Assembly: GCF_035594765.1 (NCBI RefSeq)
Contig: NC_085844.1
Coordinates: 237,538,107 to 237,602,106 of the forward strand
Direction: 5' to 3'
DNA length: 64,000 bases
Origin: Anolis carolinensis
Taxonomy: Eukaryota
A program made the translations under genes and the position numbers. Below, piece by piece: positions 61,845 through 64,000 of this stretch. Within the stretch, counting starts at the first letter, position 1; every line of letters starts with the position of its first letter. The notes beneath the pieces are model-generated. The model had not been told where the DNA came from. It made no database searches and saw only the letters and a list, made by a program, of their open reading frames with translations.

Positions 61845-62328
61845 GAGTTGTGGTGCAGCTGGTTAGTAACCAGCTGCAATAAATCACTACTGACCAAGAG
61901 GTCATGAGTTTGAAGCCTGGGTCAGATTGAGTGCCTGACCATTAAATAGCCCCAGCTCGTTGTTTACCTAAGCAACCCGAAAGACAGTTGCATAGGGACC
62001 GCTTATGAGGGGAGGCTAATTTAACAAATTTACATCACCATAAAAATGTTCAGCAGTGTGTGTGCCATAAGATGAGGAAGTACTCCATCAAGGACTCAGT
62101 GTCACAGTGGATGATGAAGCAGCAGCTCCTCCTGTGGCCGGAATCGAGCATACTCTCAGGAAGCTGGAAGCTGGGAATATTAAATAGCCTCTGTGTCTTT
62201 GTCTGTGTGTGTTGTACGTCTAATGGCATTGAATGTTTGCCATGCATATGTACATTATGATCCACCTTAAGTCCCCTTCCGGGTGAGAAAGGCAGAATAT
62301 AAATACTGTAAATAAATAAATAAATAAA
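61845..62328 (+). mobile_element. tRNA-headed SINE with an L2-like tail (Anolis SINE2-like)
   Basis: A-box-like tggtgcagctgg and B-box-like gagtttgaagcc; the 3' end gatccaccttaagtcc..gagaaaggcagaatataaat(aaat)n resembles the L2 tail at 5350-5428. Confidence 0.65.
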
Positions 62329-64000
62329 CAATTGTTGTGGAGCTGGATGAAGGTCCAAATGACAATCAAAATCATCAAGGGCATCTTCAATCTGAAAAAC
62401 AGTTACCACCTTACAGTCTTTTTAGGTTAGAACAATGGAAAGTAAGGTAGCACATGGTTGGGGTATATAAAAAATTAAGGGGAGAATCCTCCCCCCTTTC
62501 ATAATATTAGGACCTGAACACAATGAACATAAAGAGTGGGTGATTCGGGGCAGAAAAAAGGAAGCTCTTCACAGAGCATATAATTACGCTGTGGAATGTC
62601 CACTATCCCAAAATGTAGGGATGGCCACCAATTTTGATAGCTTTAGAAACAATTGGACAAATATATAGGGCAGAGTATTACCCTTAATGGCTATATGTCA
62701 CATCCAGTATCCGAGAACTTGGAAAAGTTGTTTTTTTCCAGTACGACCTCAAGAATTCACCATATTGCATGGGCAGTTTCCAAGAGATGTGCCTGGAAGT
62801 AACTGTTTGATGTATATATTTGTATATATTTGTGCACTAGTTGTGTATACCTGCAAAAGGATGGACTATATATAGTCTCTGTGGCAACTTCAAATTCTAT
62901 GTGTTGGTGCTTCATATTGGCATCTACAATTGCATAACCCTCAACCTTCTGCACATTCTATTAATTCTCAATAGCCTATTTAAACAAAAAGGTCATCAGG
63001 AGAGCAGAGAGAACATCAAGCTGGTCTCATATAAGAGGGAAATTCCTCAGAAGGAATCCTAAAACTTGTGAACAGCCACGAGGAAGGCCCTCTTCCAAGG
63101 AAGAAACCCACCATTTCTATTATCTACTTCAACATTTTCCTTCTTGATAGATCGTTAAAAGCTTTTGTGCTGCAGCGCTTGCTTGTAGGCAAAAAATGAC
63201 ACCATAAACTTAAGGAAAATATTTACCTGTATTTAAGAATATTTATTTTTATATAATCTTGTTATTAATATTATTAATATTATTTGTTCTTTTCTACTTG
63301 TTTATCTGATCTGTTGATCATAATAAATTTATTCATTCATGTGAAATCCATGAAAGAGAAATAATTTGTTCATCTGAGCTGGAGTTTCTGAGCTCACTTA
63401 TCAATGAGAATTGCTTTTCTATTGTTACAAATACATGTCAGCCGGACAAGAGTAAATAAGCACATGCACACTAATAATCCAATTGAGACAAAAATATGAT
63501 CTATCTGAAGATATTTTAGAATGGCTTAGTGCAGCTGAAAACCCCCACATAATGACTCAAGGAATTGAATATTTCTTCTCTTTGCTAGAATGAAAACTAA
63601 GAATTGATCATATGTTTGGGTTCTCACTGGCAAGGATGAAAGAAGTAATACAAAGCAGATGGGCTTTCAAAAGATGAATTTCTTTCCTTTCTGAAAAGCA
63701 AAATGATTTTGGCCCTAGAGCCCTTGTTGTCTGACTCTTTGTTGTTTGGTTCTTTGATCAACAGTGAACTCAGTCTTTTGTTTCTGCTTTATGACATCCT
63801 GGTCAGAGGCACATGACACTGATGGCCACAGCATTTTGGATAATCTCGCTGTGCCACCTCACTCTTTCTTCAAATAGCACCAGGGCTCAGATTTCTACTG
63901 GTTTGGCTGAACCAGAACTCGTCCAATATATTTTGCTTCTTCTATTGCTATGTGCCATCAACCTGATTCCGACTCGTCTTATAGGCAAGATTTAGTCAGA

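Overview
This is vertebrate nuclear DNA, intronic or intergenic, and dense in transposable elements. The repeat inventory (Sauria SINEs, CR1, L2, RTE, R4/Dong, Helitrons, hAT and Tc1 MITEs) points to a squamate, most likely Anolis; this is an inference. No host protein-coding exon could be confidently identified, although a candidate non-coding exon ends at a GAG|GTGAGT donor near 3832. The centrepiece is an intact, very young, full-length Ty3/Gypsy chromovirus of the Tf1/sushi type at 21257-27684 on the minus strand. It has 974-bp LTRs with 2 differences seen, a TATCC target-site duplication, and intact gag and pol. Its notable features are: (1) no tRNA primer-binding site, but a PBS complementary to the predicted 5' end of its own transcript (self-priming); (2) a second PBS-complementary site in U3; (3) a gag-pol junction needing a -1 shift without a canonical heptamer; (4) pol running about 98 codons into the 3' LTR and ending in an HMGN-like RRSARITAK motif; (5) a long R region with palindromes and a strand-biased GGAC cluster. 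Other highlights are a 5'-truncated R4/Dong element inserted at a (TAA)n/(CAA)n junction next to a Helitron end, a composite hAT element carrying pieces of other TEs, and several nested insertions. Repeat family names come from recognition by eye and were not checked against a database.
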